From: Eledone cirrhosa
Lineage: Eukaryota
DNA length: 64,000 bases
Assembly (NCBI GenBank): GCA_964016885.1
Contig: OZ024742.1
Coordinates: forward strand, 128,650,001 to 128,714,000
Reading direction: 5' to 3'
Both the position numbers and the translations under genes were made by a program. Shown here piece after piece: positions 35,341-48,161 of the stretch (its first letter is position 1; each line of letters opens with the position of its first letter). The notes under the pieces were generated by a model that saw nothing but the letters and a program-made list of their open reading frames with translations, was not told the origin of the DNA and made no database searches.

Positions 35341-37511
35341 AAAACACACACACATAAATACATACACAAACCCCATTTATTTACAATTCAATAATATCCT
35401 GTGTTGTTTATCAACACTGAGCAAATGAAAATAATTTTATGGGCTACTACAATCAGCAGATCAGGACCTAATGTATTGAGTTATTCTAAAAACCAAAACA
35501 ATGTTAGTGATATATATGCATCCCAATTTTTCTAATGGGCACATTGAATTCCTGCATGTTATGTTGTATGGTGTGACTAAAAGTGGTTAGTGTCAGGAAG
35601 TGTATTTGGCAATAATAAAGAATAAAAATGCCTCAGAAACCATTGTCCAGCTCGTGCCAGCAAGAAAACGCAGACTGAAAATTGATGATTATGATGAAGA
35701 AGATCAGATACAGTTTGTATCTTTCATTGCTGCTACCATACTATATAAATAAAGCATCATTATTATTATTATTATATTACGGCCCTTTACATATCGATTT
35801 TAAATCCCAGCTAGGTTAGCTTTACCTTTCATCCTTGTGGAGTTGATAAAATAGAGCACACCAGTAATGCACGGGTCGATTTAATCGACTTTCCTCTCTC
35901 CCCAAATTGCTGGCCTTGTGCCTATAGTAGAAATCATTATTATTATTATTTTTTTTATTTACTTTTTTAGAATTGTGTTACATGCAAAATCCACACACGA
36001 ACACACATTCTATGTTTTTGTCCTGTACTACCATAATGTTTTTCTTGATGTAAACCCTTTGTGGTTAATAAAATCCTTATTATTATTATTTTATTATATT
36101 CAAGATTGTCTTGCTGCCTTCCTTTAGCCAGGAAGGACAGGCAGTTTTTATCTGCCTAGTGGCCATGGTGAAAGAGGTCATGTAGTGGACATGTTTAAAA
36201 GGGTTGAAGACAAGCACTTTCCTCTTTGACGTAGGCATGATTAACTTTGTCAGGTTTCACTTGAAGAGGAAAATCAAGGTGGAGCAGGAAGAGCTGCATG
36301 GCCAAATGGGTCTGCTCTGAGGTTGCACCTCGAGACTGGAAAAAGACAACTGAGAGGGGCACTTGCCCTCAGGGTGACTGTGACTGGCTTTTTGTCGGCT
36401 TTCTCCACAAGTAAACCATGGAAGTTTCCCTCCTATTGAGGAATCTTTGGTTTAAATTTATACGTTTCTTTGTTTTTTGTTATACTTTACACACGAAAAC
36501 TCACACTGTGCTGTCCTTAATGTTTTCTTGATGTGAACCCTGTGTTGCGAATAAAGAAATTATCATCATTATTATTATTAAAAAGTGGTAGATTGTCAGT
36601 ATCGGTAGAGTGTTGGACACCATGCTTTGTGGCAGAGAGTTACGGCCATTTACGTTCTGATTTCATCATTATGGAGTCAATAAAATAAAGTACCAGTAAC
36701 ATACTGGTATATAATTGTTGGCCTTGTGCCTAAATCAGAAACCATTATTATTTAATAAAATGTAAACAATGCTTGGTTGATTTAAGAAGCATTGAAAACA
36801 GTTGCCACAATGCAGATAACTACAGATAATAGTTAAATAAAATTGTGTAGAGGCGCCCTGGAAATAGATAAATTACACATAGATGTCTGTGGGGAAGTGG
36901 TTCAATTCACTGTAGGCATCGATGTCTATTTTTCCCTTCCCCAGAGTTACTTTACGCAATTTTAGTCAACTATTATTTATAGCTATCAACTGTTATTATA
37001 TATATACCACTCCATCTATTTTGAACTTCCTTATCCCATCAACCCACACTCCTCAACCCTCATACATTTCTCCTGTCCAACCCATGTATACAAGCATGAA
37101 AGCTGAACATACTCCACATCTGGTCTCCCAAAATGCTGCTGCCATGACAAAAAAAAAAAACACCCAGTCCACCCTGTAAGGTGGTCATGTTGGTGACATA
37201 AGAAAAAACGCACTCTGTAAGATGGTTGTGCTGGTGACATGACAAAAAGCACCCAGTCCACCCAGTAAGATGATTGTGCTGGTGACATGACAAAAAGCAT
37301 CCAGTCCACTCTGTTAGACAGTTATTTTGGTGCCATGATAAAAAGCACTCAGTCCACACTGTAATTTGTTTGCCATTAGAAAGGGGGTCCAGCTATAAAG
37401 AAAGACTAATCCAAAATATAGATTTGTAGGAGCAAGATGTCACCTTACCTGACTTATCTCATAACGTGACAACCCATCTTATCCATGCAAGTCGGTAAAA
37501 ATAGATGTTAA

Positions 37512-37742
37512 CCCTTTAGCATTTACATTACTCCAGATTTACTATTGTATTTTCACAGTAAACACTTTATCTCACATAATATCGAATCTATGAGATTTTG
37601 CTATTATTTATTTTGAGAACAATACCTGAACATAAGTATGAGTAACAATTTATGGCCGGTTAGAGAATTCTGGCTAGATACGGTTGGTTAGAACAGAAAG
37701 AGGTGAGAGAATGCTGGCCAGATATGCTGAAATGCTAAAGGG
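37512..37742. mobile_element. piggyBac-type MITE
   Basis: TTAA|CCCTTTAGCATTT...AAATGCTAAAGGG|TTAA. Confidence 0.85.
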
Positions 37743-38095
37743 TTAAATGATGATGATGAGATAGATGGTGATGATGATGATGATGATGATGAACTGTATT
37801 TTAGCCAATACATTTTCAAATACTTAATGACAATATTTTGCAGAAAACAAGAAAAACAACAATCATAATTGTTAAATATATCTGTATATTGTCATATATA
37901 CAATTTAAAATTTAAAGTCATTTTTTTGCAGGTCTTTTTCTTTTTTCTTTTTGTATATACTTTGGTTCTTTCATAAACAAAATTCAAAATAATGAGTGAG
38001 AGAAAAAATTAAATAAAAAATATCAACAAAAATAATTTTGTAACTAAATATATTTATATATATAGATACACACACATACTTGCAAATGAGTGTGA

Positions 38096-38099
<4 letters not shown>

Positions 38100-38146
<47 letters not shown>

Positions 38147-38443
38147 AATATGTATATATATGTAGATAAATAAACACATAAATATGTATATATTTATGTA
38201 TGTATATATATATATTTATGTATGTGTATATATATATACATATATATTTATGTATGTATATATATATTTATGTATGTGTGTATATATATATACATATAAT
38301 ATATATATACATATATATTTATGTATGTGTATATATATATACATATAATATATATATACATATATATTTATCTATGTATATATATATTTATGTATGTGTA
38401 TATATATATACATATATATTTATGTATGTGTGTATATATATAT

Positions 38444-38513
<70 letters not shown>

Positions 38514-39308
38514 GTATGTATGTATATATATATATATATTTATGTATGTATGTATGTATATATATATATATATTTATTTGTGTGTGTATATATATATATA
38601 TATATATTTATTTGTGTGTGTATATATATATATTTATTTGTGTATGTGTGTGTATATATATATATTTATTTATGTGTGTGTATATATATATATTTATGTA
38701 TGTATATAAATATTTATATATATATATATATATATATATCCCTGAAGAAAATAAAATAACAGGTATACTTGTTTCTAAGTATCCACCAATGCAAATACAA
38801 AATAATAAAATTAATATTGAAAGTATTGAAGTACCCCACATTCTTTCAACTACTGATTGTAACCTTATTGTTACCTTTTTCTCTTTTTTTCTCATGTAAA
38901 CCACCACCTTCCCTGCAAATGTGAAGCGTATTATTGTTGAACAACACAGCGCAGAACAGTACATGTTTCCGGGGTGTGAGGAAGTCAGTGATATCTGAGG
39001 GAGGGTTAGAGTATGCAACTGCTAAGTACCACAAAGGAATAGGAGCTGGGTTCATCAACTAAAATATAAACTAGTATATAGGTTAATATGGTTTAAAATA
39101 TTGTTTGTTGAGTTTTTTTTAATCGAATCCCCCGTACATACATATAGCATATATGTATGTGTGAGTGTGTTTATACATATGTATATTGGAAATATATATA
39201 TATATATGTTATATATAAATGTTATATATATATATATATATAAATGTTATATATATATATATATATATATATAAATGTTATATATATATATATATATATA
39301 TATAAATG

Positions 39309-39344
<36 letters not shown>

Positions 39345-39385
39345 GTTATATATATATATATATATATAAATGTTATATATAAATG

Positions 39386-39419
<34 letters not shown>

Positions 39420-39550
39420 GTTATATATATATATATATAAATGTTATATATATATATAAATGTTATATATATATATATATATATATATAAATGTTATATA
39501 AATATATATTATATATATAAATGTTATATAAATATATATATATATAAATG

Positions 39551-39631
<81 letters not shown>

Positions 39632-39635
39632 AATG

Positions 39636-39669
<34 letters not shown>

Positions 39670-39852
39670 GTTATATATATATATATATATATAAATGTTA
39701 TATATATATATATATATATATAAATGTTATATAAATATATATATATATTATATATATAAATGTTATATATATATATATATATATATAAATGTTATATATA
39801 TATATATATAAATGTTATATATATATATAAATGTTATATATATATATATATA
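38100..39852. repeat. Compound (TA)n/(TG)n microsatellites, including a TAAATGT(TA)n array at 39190-39852
   Basis: Directly visible; lies downstream of the SNX stop codon. Confidence 0.95.
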
Positions 39853-40334
39853 TTCTTCGAATGGCAGCAGTTACTTTCATGTGTGACCAATGTGGGAGAC
39901 CTGCTCTGTAAGGTTCAGTGAGTCATATAGATAAATCATATCTGAATGTTCAAATAAGGTTTATGTGTGTACAGCTATGATGTACATATGTAAACACAGT
40001 CATAGATTAGATGTTGTTGGGGTAGGGAGTTTGTAAGGAGGGGGGGTAGAATAAAACACAGTATAAAGGAGAGTAGGAGAGTGACAGGGCAAGTTGTGGG
40101 TGAAGACCACATATTTAACAGTGTTGTTCATTTCTCATAGCTTCAGATAATGAAGAACAAACAAGTCAACACATAAACACACATATGTATGCGTGTATAT
40201 GTGTATGATTGTATATATATATATGTGTGTGTATGTATGTTTATATATATGTGTGTGTATGTTTATATATATATATATATATATGTCTGTGTATGCAAAT
40301 ATAAGAGCATGTGTTGCATATATGTACGTATGTA

Positions 40335-40398
<64 letters not shown>

Positions 40399-40439
40399 GT
40401 CTCCAAATCTCAAAATAAAGTAATTGAGAGTAAGATCCT

Positions 40440-40487
40440 TCATGCAGTTTCATACATCTTCAGGCTTTCTTCCAGTTCACTTGTAAT
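40440..40487 (-). CDS. lst-4: SNX9-family terminal coding exon: [15 protein letters not shown]
   Basis: Acceptor tttttctcctcag; TGA stop at 40440-40442. Length and character fit the family C-terminus. Confidence 0.88.
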   Translation of the reverse strand: MTSELEESLKMYETA

Positions 40488-43400
40488 CTGAGGAGAAAAA
40501 GAATTAAAAGATAAAAAGCAGAAAAGTTATTTACTCAATAGCTTTGAGTTAAACAACTTTAATACCAATGGTGTCAATTCAACATCAATTAGAAGGGAAA
40601 AAAATAAACAAACTCTTAACTACTGTCGAAGTCATAGAGGCACCGTCTTTATACACAGAAAGTATTGGGCATATTAAACCTGGCAGAGCCCATCACACTC
40701 CAGATCAGAACACACAGCTTATTTCTTCCAGATAAAGATTAAGAATAAGAATCAATGCTAGTACTTGACTGGTATAAATATATATATATATAAGTAGTAA
40801 CACAACAGGCGGCAGAGTAGCGTGTATACGCGACACGCCGCCCTCCGGCCGCGTCACCGCATACGGCCGGAAACGTTCCCGACTTGGCCCGTGTCGATCG
40901 CGAGAGAATGCAAACCGCCGGCGACCATTTTCAACCGAAGTTTTGCTTCGAGTTGAAGTTAAGGGAAACAACTCTGTTTTGTAACCCTTGTTTAATGCTG
41001 ATCAAATAATCTGGTGAATGATACAATCTCACATGGATGTTTCATTTCTAACTGTGGTGTTTCTAAATATTTATGATTGTGCATGAGTGAATGAGTCAGT
41101 GAGAGAGAAATGGGGAGGGAATTAATGTATAGAAGGAATCATTTCTCTTTGGTTTAGAAAACAGAATTCTATTTCCTTTCTATGCTAGGATATATAACAA
41201 ACTAGCAGACCTGTTAAGAGTTCTTCTAAACAGACTTCAGGATTCAGGCCTAACAGGAGTACAGGGCAGGTATTTAATATCAGACGTCTAACTGAGAAAT
41301 ATCTGCAGCACCAATCTGATCTCTATCAAAACATCAACTTCAAAAAAGCCTTTGACTGTGTTTAGCATGACGGTTTGTTTCAGGTAATGAATGATTACGT
41401 CGACATCAGCATCATCCAAGTAAACCTAGCATTGTAGGAAAACTCAAACAGTTCAGTTTTCCTGAATAACAACATAGAAGAATTCTTCAGGACAACAGTG
41501 GGAATTCGACATAAATGTCTCCCCATTTCAGTGATTTCCAAGATCTTCCTTGTGAACATCATACAAGAGACATTCCAAGACTTCTACAACTGTTTCCATT
41601 GGAAGATGGCTTATTTCCAATCTGTGCTTTGCTGAAGCAGAACTCCAGGAACTCATCATCAGTCTAGAAAAGGTAGCAGGAGCATACAAAATGGAGATCA
41701 GCTTAGAAAAGAGCAAAGATACAGCAACCAACGACTTAAAGAAGTGGACACCTCCAATTACCTAGTTATGGTTTGGGACAGGTTGTCATGGTATGAGACC
41801 AGATCGTTAGAGTGGCCTCATTTGACTATTACATTCCATATAGAATATGGATCGATAACATAAATATCAAACTTGAAAAAATATCTAGTGACTACATCTT
41901 TTCAAGGTGGTGCCACAAGGCTCCAGTCAATGATTGTAACCAGCAAAAAAAAAAGTAAATGTTAAAAATTAAAAAAATAATAGATAAACACTTACATTTT
42001 GATAGAAAATTATTTGTTGTTTTAAGTAGTTTTGCATAAATGATCTGAAGTTTCGTGTTCGCTCCTGATGGAAGTGGTTCATTTCTGCTAATGCTGCATA
42101 GGAGATGGTGTCAGATCGAAGCAAGATGCTCTGCATTTCAGATTCAACAAGTTTCCCATCATCCACCTGCTTCTGGCACTCTTTCAGTCTGCCCATAGTT
42201 CCCTGAAAATATGGAAGATGTAATTTGGGATTTCGAGTGAAACAAGAAATATTAATATTTACACAAACTAGATGACCCCCGTGGAAATTTCACCTTCTAA
42301 TCAGATATGATCAGCATGTATTAAAGTTCAATATGGGATTTTATGTGGTTTCATAATCATCTTCATTGTTCTGTGCTACAAAAAGCTGGACATGTCGTCA
42401 CAGACTGGTCAGTGCTCAAGCAAAGCCACAGGCCTCTAGGTGGTCCAGGGGCCTGACATACAATGTCACGCTCTACTGAGTACATTTTATCATGGGACCA
42501 ACACTATGGAATTTGTCATGTTCTTGACATAGCTGACAATGGTGTATTAATAAAGATGGCAATGATGGTAGTGACAATGATAGTCATAGTGGTGGTGATC
42601 ATGATGGCGGTGATGGTAGTGGTGATGATCATGATAGTGGTGGTGGTGGTAGTGGTGATGATCATGATAGTTGTGGTGGTAGTGGTGATGATCATGATAG
42701 TTGTGGTGGTGGTGGTGGTGCTGAGGATGACCCATGATCATGATAATGATCATGGGTCACCATCATTTCTAGCCACCAAATATAATGAACAAACAATAAG
42801 AGACTAAATAAATGACTGGACTTACTTCGTGCACTTTTAAGACATCTGGATAAACAGATAAGATTCCTTTATATTCATGGAGACCTTCAATAAGGCTGAT
42901 ACTGTCTTTTAGCGGCTGTTCAGAAAATAAAAGAAAAATAATAATAATAATAATGGTTTCGGATTTAGGCAAAAGGCCAACATTTTTTGGAGTGGAGAAA
43001 GTCAATTAAATTGACCCCAGTGCATTACTGGCACTTTATTTTCTCAACAACCTCGTAAGGATGAATGGCAAAGCTAACCTTGGCAAAAATTGAGCTCAGA
43101 ATGTAAAGGGATGATAAAATTAATTGTTTCTACTTTAGGCACAAGGCCAGCAATTACCCAGTGCATTACTGGTACTTTATTTTATCGACCCCGTAAGGAT
43201 GAAAGGCAAAGTCAACCTCGGCGGGATTTGAACTCAGATCGTAAAGGGACGTAACTATGCTAGAAAGCATGGCGTCTGACTCTCTACCAATACTGCCAAT
43301 CCACCGCCTCTAAGGGATGATAAAATTAATAATAATATAAATATGTTTGTGTGAGAACCAGAGAGACATGTATAAATAAATATTAATTCTTAATGTCCTG

Positions 43401-46400
43401 TACTACAAGAAACCACATTAGCAAAATATTTTTGAAAAGTACAAACAGTTTGACTGTATCATATTAAAAATTGAAGTCTTTCCTCTAATATGGCAATTTT
43501 TCACAACCTTTCCATTAGTAAAGATACTATAAACATTTGAATTAACAAATCAATTAAAAAATATTTCCTGCTAAATCATTACAAAATGTTAGGAGCTAAT
43601 ACTGTGAACTTTCACAAAGATCTGCCAATTAGTAAAGAACAAACCTGTTTTTAGATATTTTCTGCTAAATGATTACCATATGTTAAGAGGTAAACAATTT
43701 TTAAAAAAAGCGAAGCACAATTAAATAGGTGGCAAATTGTCGTTAGAACATTGGATAGAATGTTTCACAGTATTTGTTACAGTTTTCTGCACTTTGGGTT
43801 CAAATCCCATCAAGGTCAACTTTATTTTTCATCCTTTTGCAGTCGATTAATACATTACCAATTAAAAAGTGAGGTAGATTTTTTTCATCTATACTCTCTT
43901 TCTTCTTTCTCTTTATTTCTCTGGAAGGGATTGGCTGTCCTCATACCCAAAAATTTATCCAAGCTAAAAAAAAACCTATAAATACCACAGAAACTTAACT
44001 CTTATAGACAGGCATTTTCTTTTAGGCCACAAATATAGAGACTTTTAACAGACGTACCATTAAGATAAGCTACTCCTGTGCCAAAAATGCTAGGTACTAC
44101 ATCATCAACATGCCCATGAGCTTTCACATGCAGAATAGCAAAGGTATGCAAGACCTGTGATATATGAGGCTAAGATCACTGAACACCAATATTAACTACC
44201 AACTTCCACAGGGAACCTCCTCTACGAAAACAATCATTAATATTTCTCCATTTTTCTTCTTTATGTAGGCCCTTCAATAATAATTGTTTCTACTTTTGGC
44301 ACAAGGCCAGCAATTACATTACTGGTACTTTATTTTATCGACCCTGTAAGGATAAAAGGCAAAGTTAACCTCGGCGGGATTTGAACTCAAAATGGCAAGG
44401 GCCGTAACTCTATGCGTCAAAGCATGGCGTCCAACCCTCTACTGATACTGCCAATCCACCGCCCCTTTAATAATAATGGAAATCAATGTGTGCAGAGCTC
44501 AAGTGCACTACAACTCATAAAAGGTGTATGCAAGTACATAGAATAATGTACAAATATTAGGAAAGTGAACAGTGTTTGAGTCATGATATACACATAAACA
44601 CATGCATATTTCCTGCTAAATCATTACAAAATGTTAGGAGATAAAACTGTGAACTTTCACAAAGATCTACCCATTAGTAAAGAACAAACCTGTTTTTAAA
44701 TATTTTCTGCTAAATGATTACCATATGTTAAGAGATAAACAATTTTTAAGAGGTAAACAATTTTTAAAAAAAACGAAGCACAATTAAATAGGTGGCAAAT
44801 TGTCGTTAGAACATTGGATAGAATGTTTCACAGTATTTGTTACAGTTTTCTGCACTTTGGGAGTATCAGGTGTAGTGTAGGCGAATTTCGGGAAGTATGG
44901 AAGCTATGAAGGATGCAGTGTCCCGACAACTAAGAATGTAAGTAGTTTGTTCCATGCTAAGAGTTAGCTCCCTTTAAACTTCACAAACTATAGCTAACTT
45001 TCCTATCAATTACTAAATTAATTCCCCTGCTTTTCCTATATGACTATCTATATCTAAAAGCCTCGCTTTATATTTCTTACTCTTTCTTCTTTTTTGGAAC
45101 TCTTTTGCATTTGAAGGAAAAGAACACAACCATTACAAAATGGAGTCATAGGTTGACTGATGATCTTGGGCCTGTCTCAGAGAAATAATTGTACCATAAA
45201 TGACACCATAGTTAGTGTAGTCAATATCTATATACCATCACACTTCATACAGATAGAGTTCTCCCAACTTGGGATATTCTTTACCAAATTACACTACATT
45301 CACCATCATCAACATTTAATGTCTATTTCCCATGCTAACATGGGTTAGATGGGCAGTCCTGCTATGAGGCTAGACAGGTCAGGTAACCATGTCTTGCTCA
45401 TATGCTCTGTTTTGGGCTTGGTTTTCTATAGCTGGATGTCCTCCCTAATGTCAACAACCTTACAGTGTGAACTGGATGCTTTTTGTTATTGCACCAGTAT
45501 GAACACCTTACAAGGTGGATTGCTTATTTTCATGTCACTACCACCTTAAAGGGTGGACTGTATGGTTTTTGTTGTGACACCAATACAACCACTTTACAGG
45601 ATGGACTGGGTGCTTTTTTTTCTTGGCATTAGTACTACCACTTTACAGACTGGACTGGGCACTTTTTCTGCGGCACCAGTATAACCACTTTACAGGGTGA
45701 TCTGGGTGGTTTGTAATGTCACCATTGTTACCTCATTATGCCATCTGGATGCTTACTGTGTTCTTGGCTAAGCTGGGGAGGCAATAACAAGAGTAACATG
45801 AGAGAGCAAGTGTCAGGTTATATGTTTCTTGCTACAGGAGGAGGAGTGACACAACAATGGGAGAGCAATGGACATGTATTGGGGTAACTATGAAGTGAGC
45901 GAGTTGCACTTGCCAGTATATTCTGGAACAAGTCCACCTTTCCATACATGCAGGGTTAGAAGGGCACATGATATATGTTGATTACTGGGGAATCATACCT
46001 CTCTACATATATATGCCAGCCGAATTGATTTTGTCCTCACCAGGAAGTGAGATAGGCATATGATCATAAATGCCAAGTCCTTCTTGAGGAAAGAACATCT
46101 CCCAACAGAGATTAGTTGTTAGTGATTTAAGAATAAGGGCTGAACAAACCAAGGGACAAAAACTAGACAGAAGGAGGAGGACTTGGACCCTAAAAGAAAC
46201 TTTAGCTTGCAACAAATTCAGAGAAATCCTACTTGAAGCTACAAGGAGCTGGGGGCTTTTACACCACTAACAACCTATAGGAAGCACTGCCCTGTCTAAC
46301 ACTGAGAAGAAAGAGTCCTATTATGAAAGACTGATAAATGAAGAGAATAATTGAGAAAGTAAGGGCCTACCCCAGGTAGACCCAACTGAGAGACCAGCCA

Positions 46401-47833
46401 TAAAAGTTGACAGTGGGATAATAGATAAAGTAATAAAGGATATGAAGGCAGAGAAGGCAGCCAGACCTTCTGGTATATTTGCCAAGATGCTAAAAACATC
46501 TGGCATGGCAGGTTATGAACTAGAAAGATGCATAGTTAATCAAGTTACAAGATGTCACACCCAATGAGTAGTATCATTATTAATTGCTATAAAGGCAAAG
46601 GAGACATGCTAGAACAGTGATTTCCAACATAGAGTGCACACTCCACAGGGGAGCAATATTCATATTTAACGTGTGGGGGGGGGGGGGGGGGGGGCATTTG
46701 AAAATGATGTTAATGAGAACAAACTTCAGGTTTTACTTTATTACTTTTACACCAAGGCAATTTTGATACACATTACTGTTGGAAACTCCTATCTCACCTC
46801 CTCCACACATTATTGTATATCTGGCACCACCTATACATCAATTTGTTTACACTTTGCAGTTGATCATTGCTGGTTTTATATCAAAAAGGCGGGCGGGGGG
46901 GGGGTGCATAACAAGTTTTTAGATGTTGAAGTGGGTCATGCTATACAAAAGGTTGGAAACCACTGCGCTAGAGAGAGGTAACTACAGAGGTATCAAATTG
47001 ATGAACCAAGTCATGTAAGTTACTCAAAGGCTTATAGCATAACTAATTAGAGACATAAAGTTAAATGAGATACAGTTCAGCTTTGTGCCAAGTAGAGGTA
47101 CTAACCAATGCCCTCATTCTGGTGAGACAACAACAGGTAAGGTACTTGGCTAAGAAAGAGCCACTGCACCTGGTTTTGTAGATCTGGAGAAGGCCTTTGA
47201 CAGAGTCTCTCATTTTGTAATCTAGTGATCACTAAGGAAGTTGGGTGTAGATGAATGGCTCATGATAGCTATGCAAACCCTATATAAAGGTGTAACCAAC
47301 AAGGTGAGGGCTGGCAGTACGTACAGTGATGAATCTGAAGTGAACATGGGGTTTACCAGGGTTCAGTCCTAAGCCCACTTCTGTTTATCATTGTACTTCA
47401 AGCCATTATGGTGGAGTTTAAAATGGGTACACCATGGTAACTCCTGAATGCTGATGATCTAGTCCTTATGGCTGAATACATGGGAGAGTTAGAGGCAAAA
47501 TTCCAGGCATGGAAGAAAAACCTAGAATCATTTATATATGCATGCATGCATGTGTGTGTGTCTATGTGTGTGTATGTGTGAATACATATAAAGAAAACTG
47601 TCTTACTTGTTCAGCATACATTTCTCCAATTTTGTTGTAGGCATCACCGGTGTGGTTAATAGCAGTTGTTAAACTTTTAGAATCTGACAATAGAGAAATA
47701 AGAAGACATCACTGATAACATAGGCCAACCACATTTACAGCATGAATCGTGTGTTTTGTTTTTATCATGTCACCAACATGACTACCTGGACTGGGTGCTT
47801 TGTATATGTGTTATATATGTGTATGTATGAATG

Positions 47834-47910
<77 letters not shown>

Positions 47911-48128
47911 CAGTTTTGGATAACGCTTGTTCGTAATTTAAATTCAAGAATTTTATATTCTTCGAATGAAAAGAACCTTCTGACGAGAATCTTTCTTTGC
48001 AACGAAGGCCGTATGGTCTCCGTTTAGTTTTCAGATTCGAAACCGATTCGGTAAAGGTAACTATAGTAAGTAAAGTTAATTTTTTTTAATTTATTTTGAA
48101 ACTTTTTCATTATTTGCTAAACCTTGAT

Positions 48129-48161
<33 letters not shown>

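Noticed and set aside
39190-39852. Constant motif TAAATGT separated by variable-length spacers
   Set aside because: The spacers are pure (TA)n, so this is an interrupted microsatellite shaped by slippage.
43551-44860. Direct duplication 43551-43795 / 44604-44860, with an inverted relative near 62900-63220
   Set aside because: The duplication is real but looks like fragments of an ordinary dispersed repeat; no termini or coding signal could be defined.
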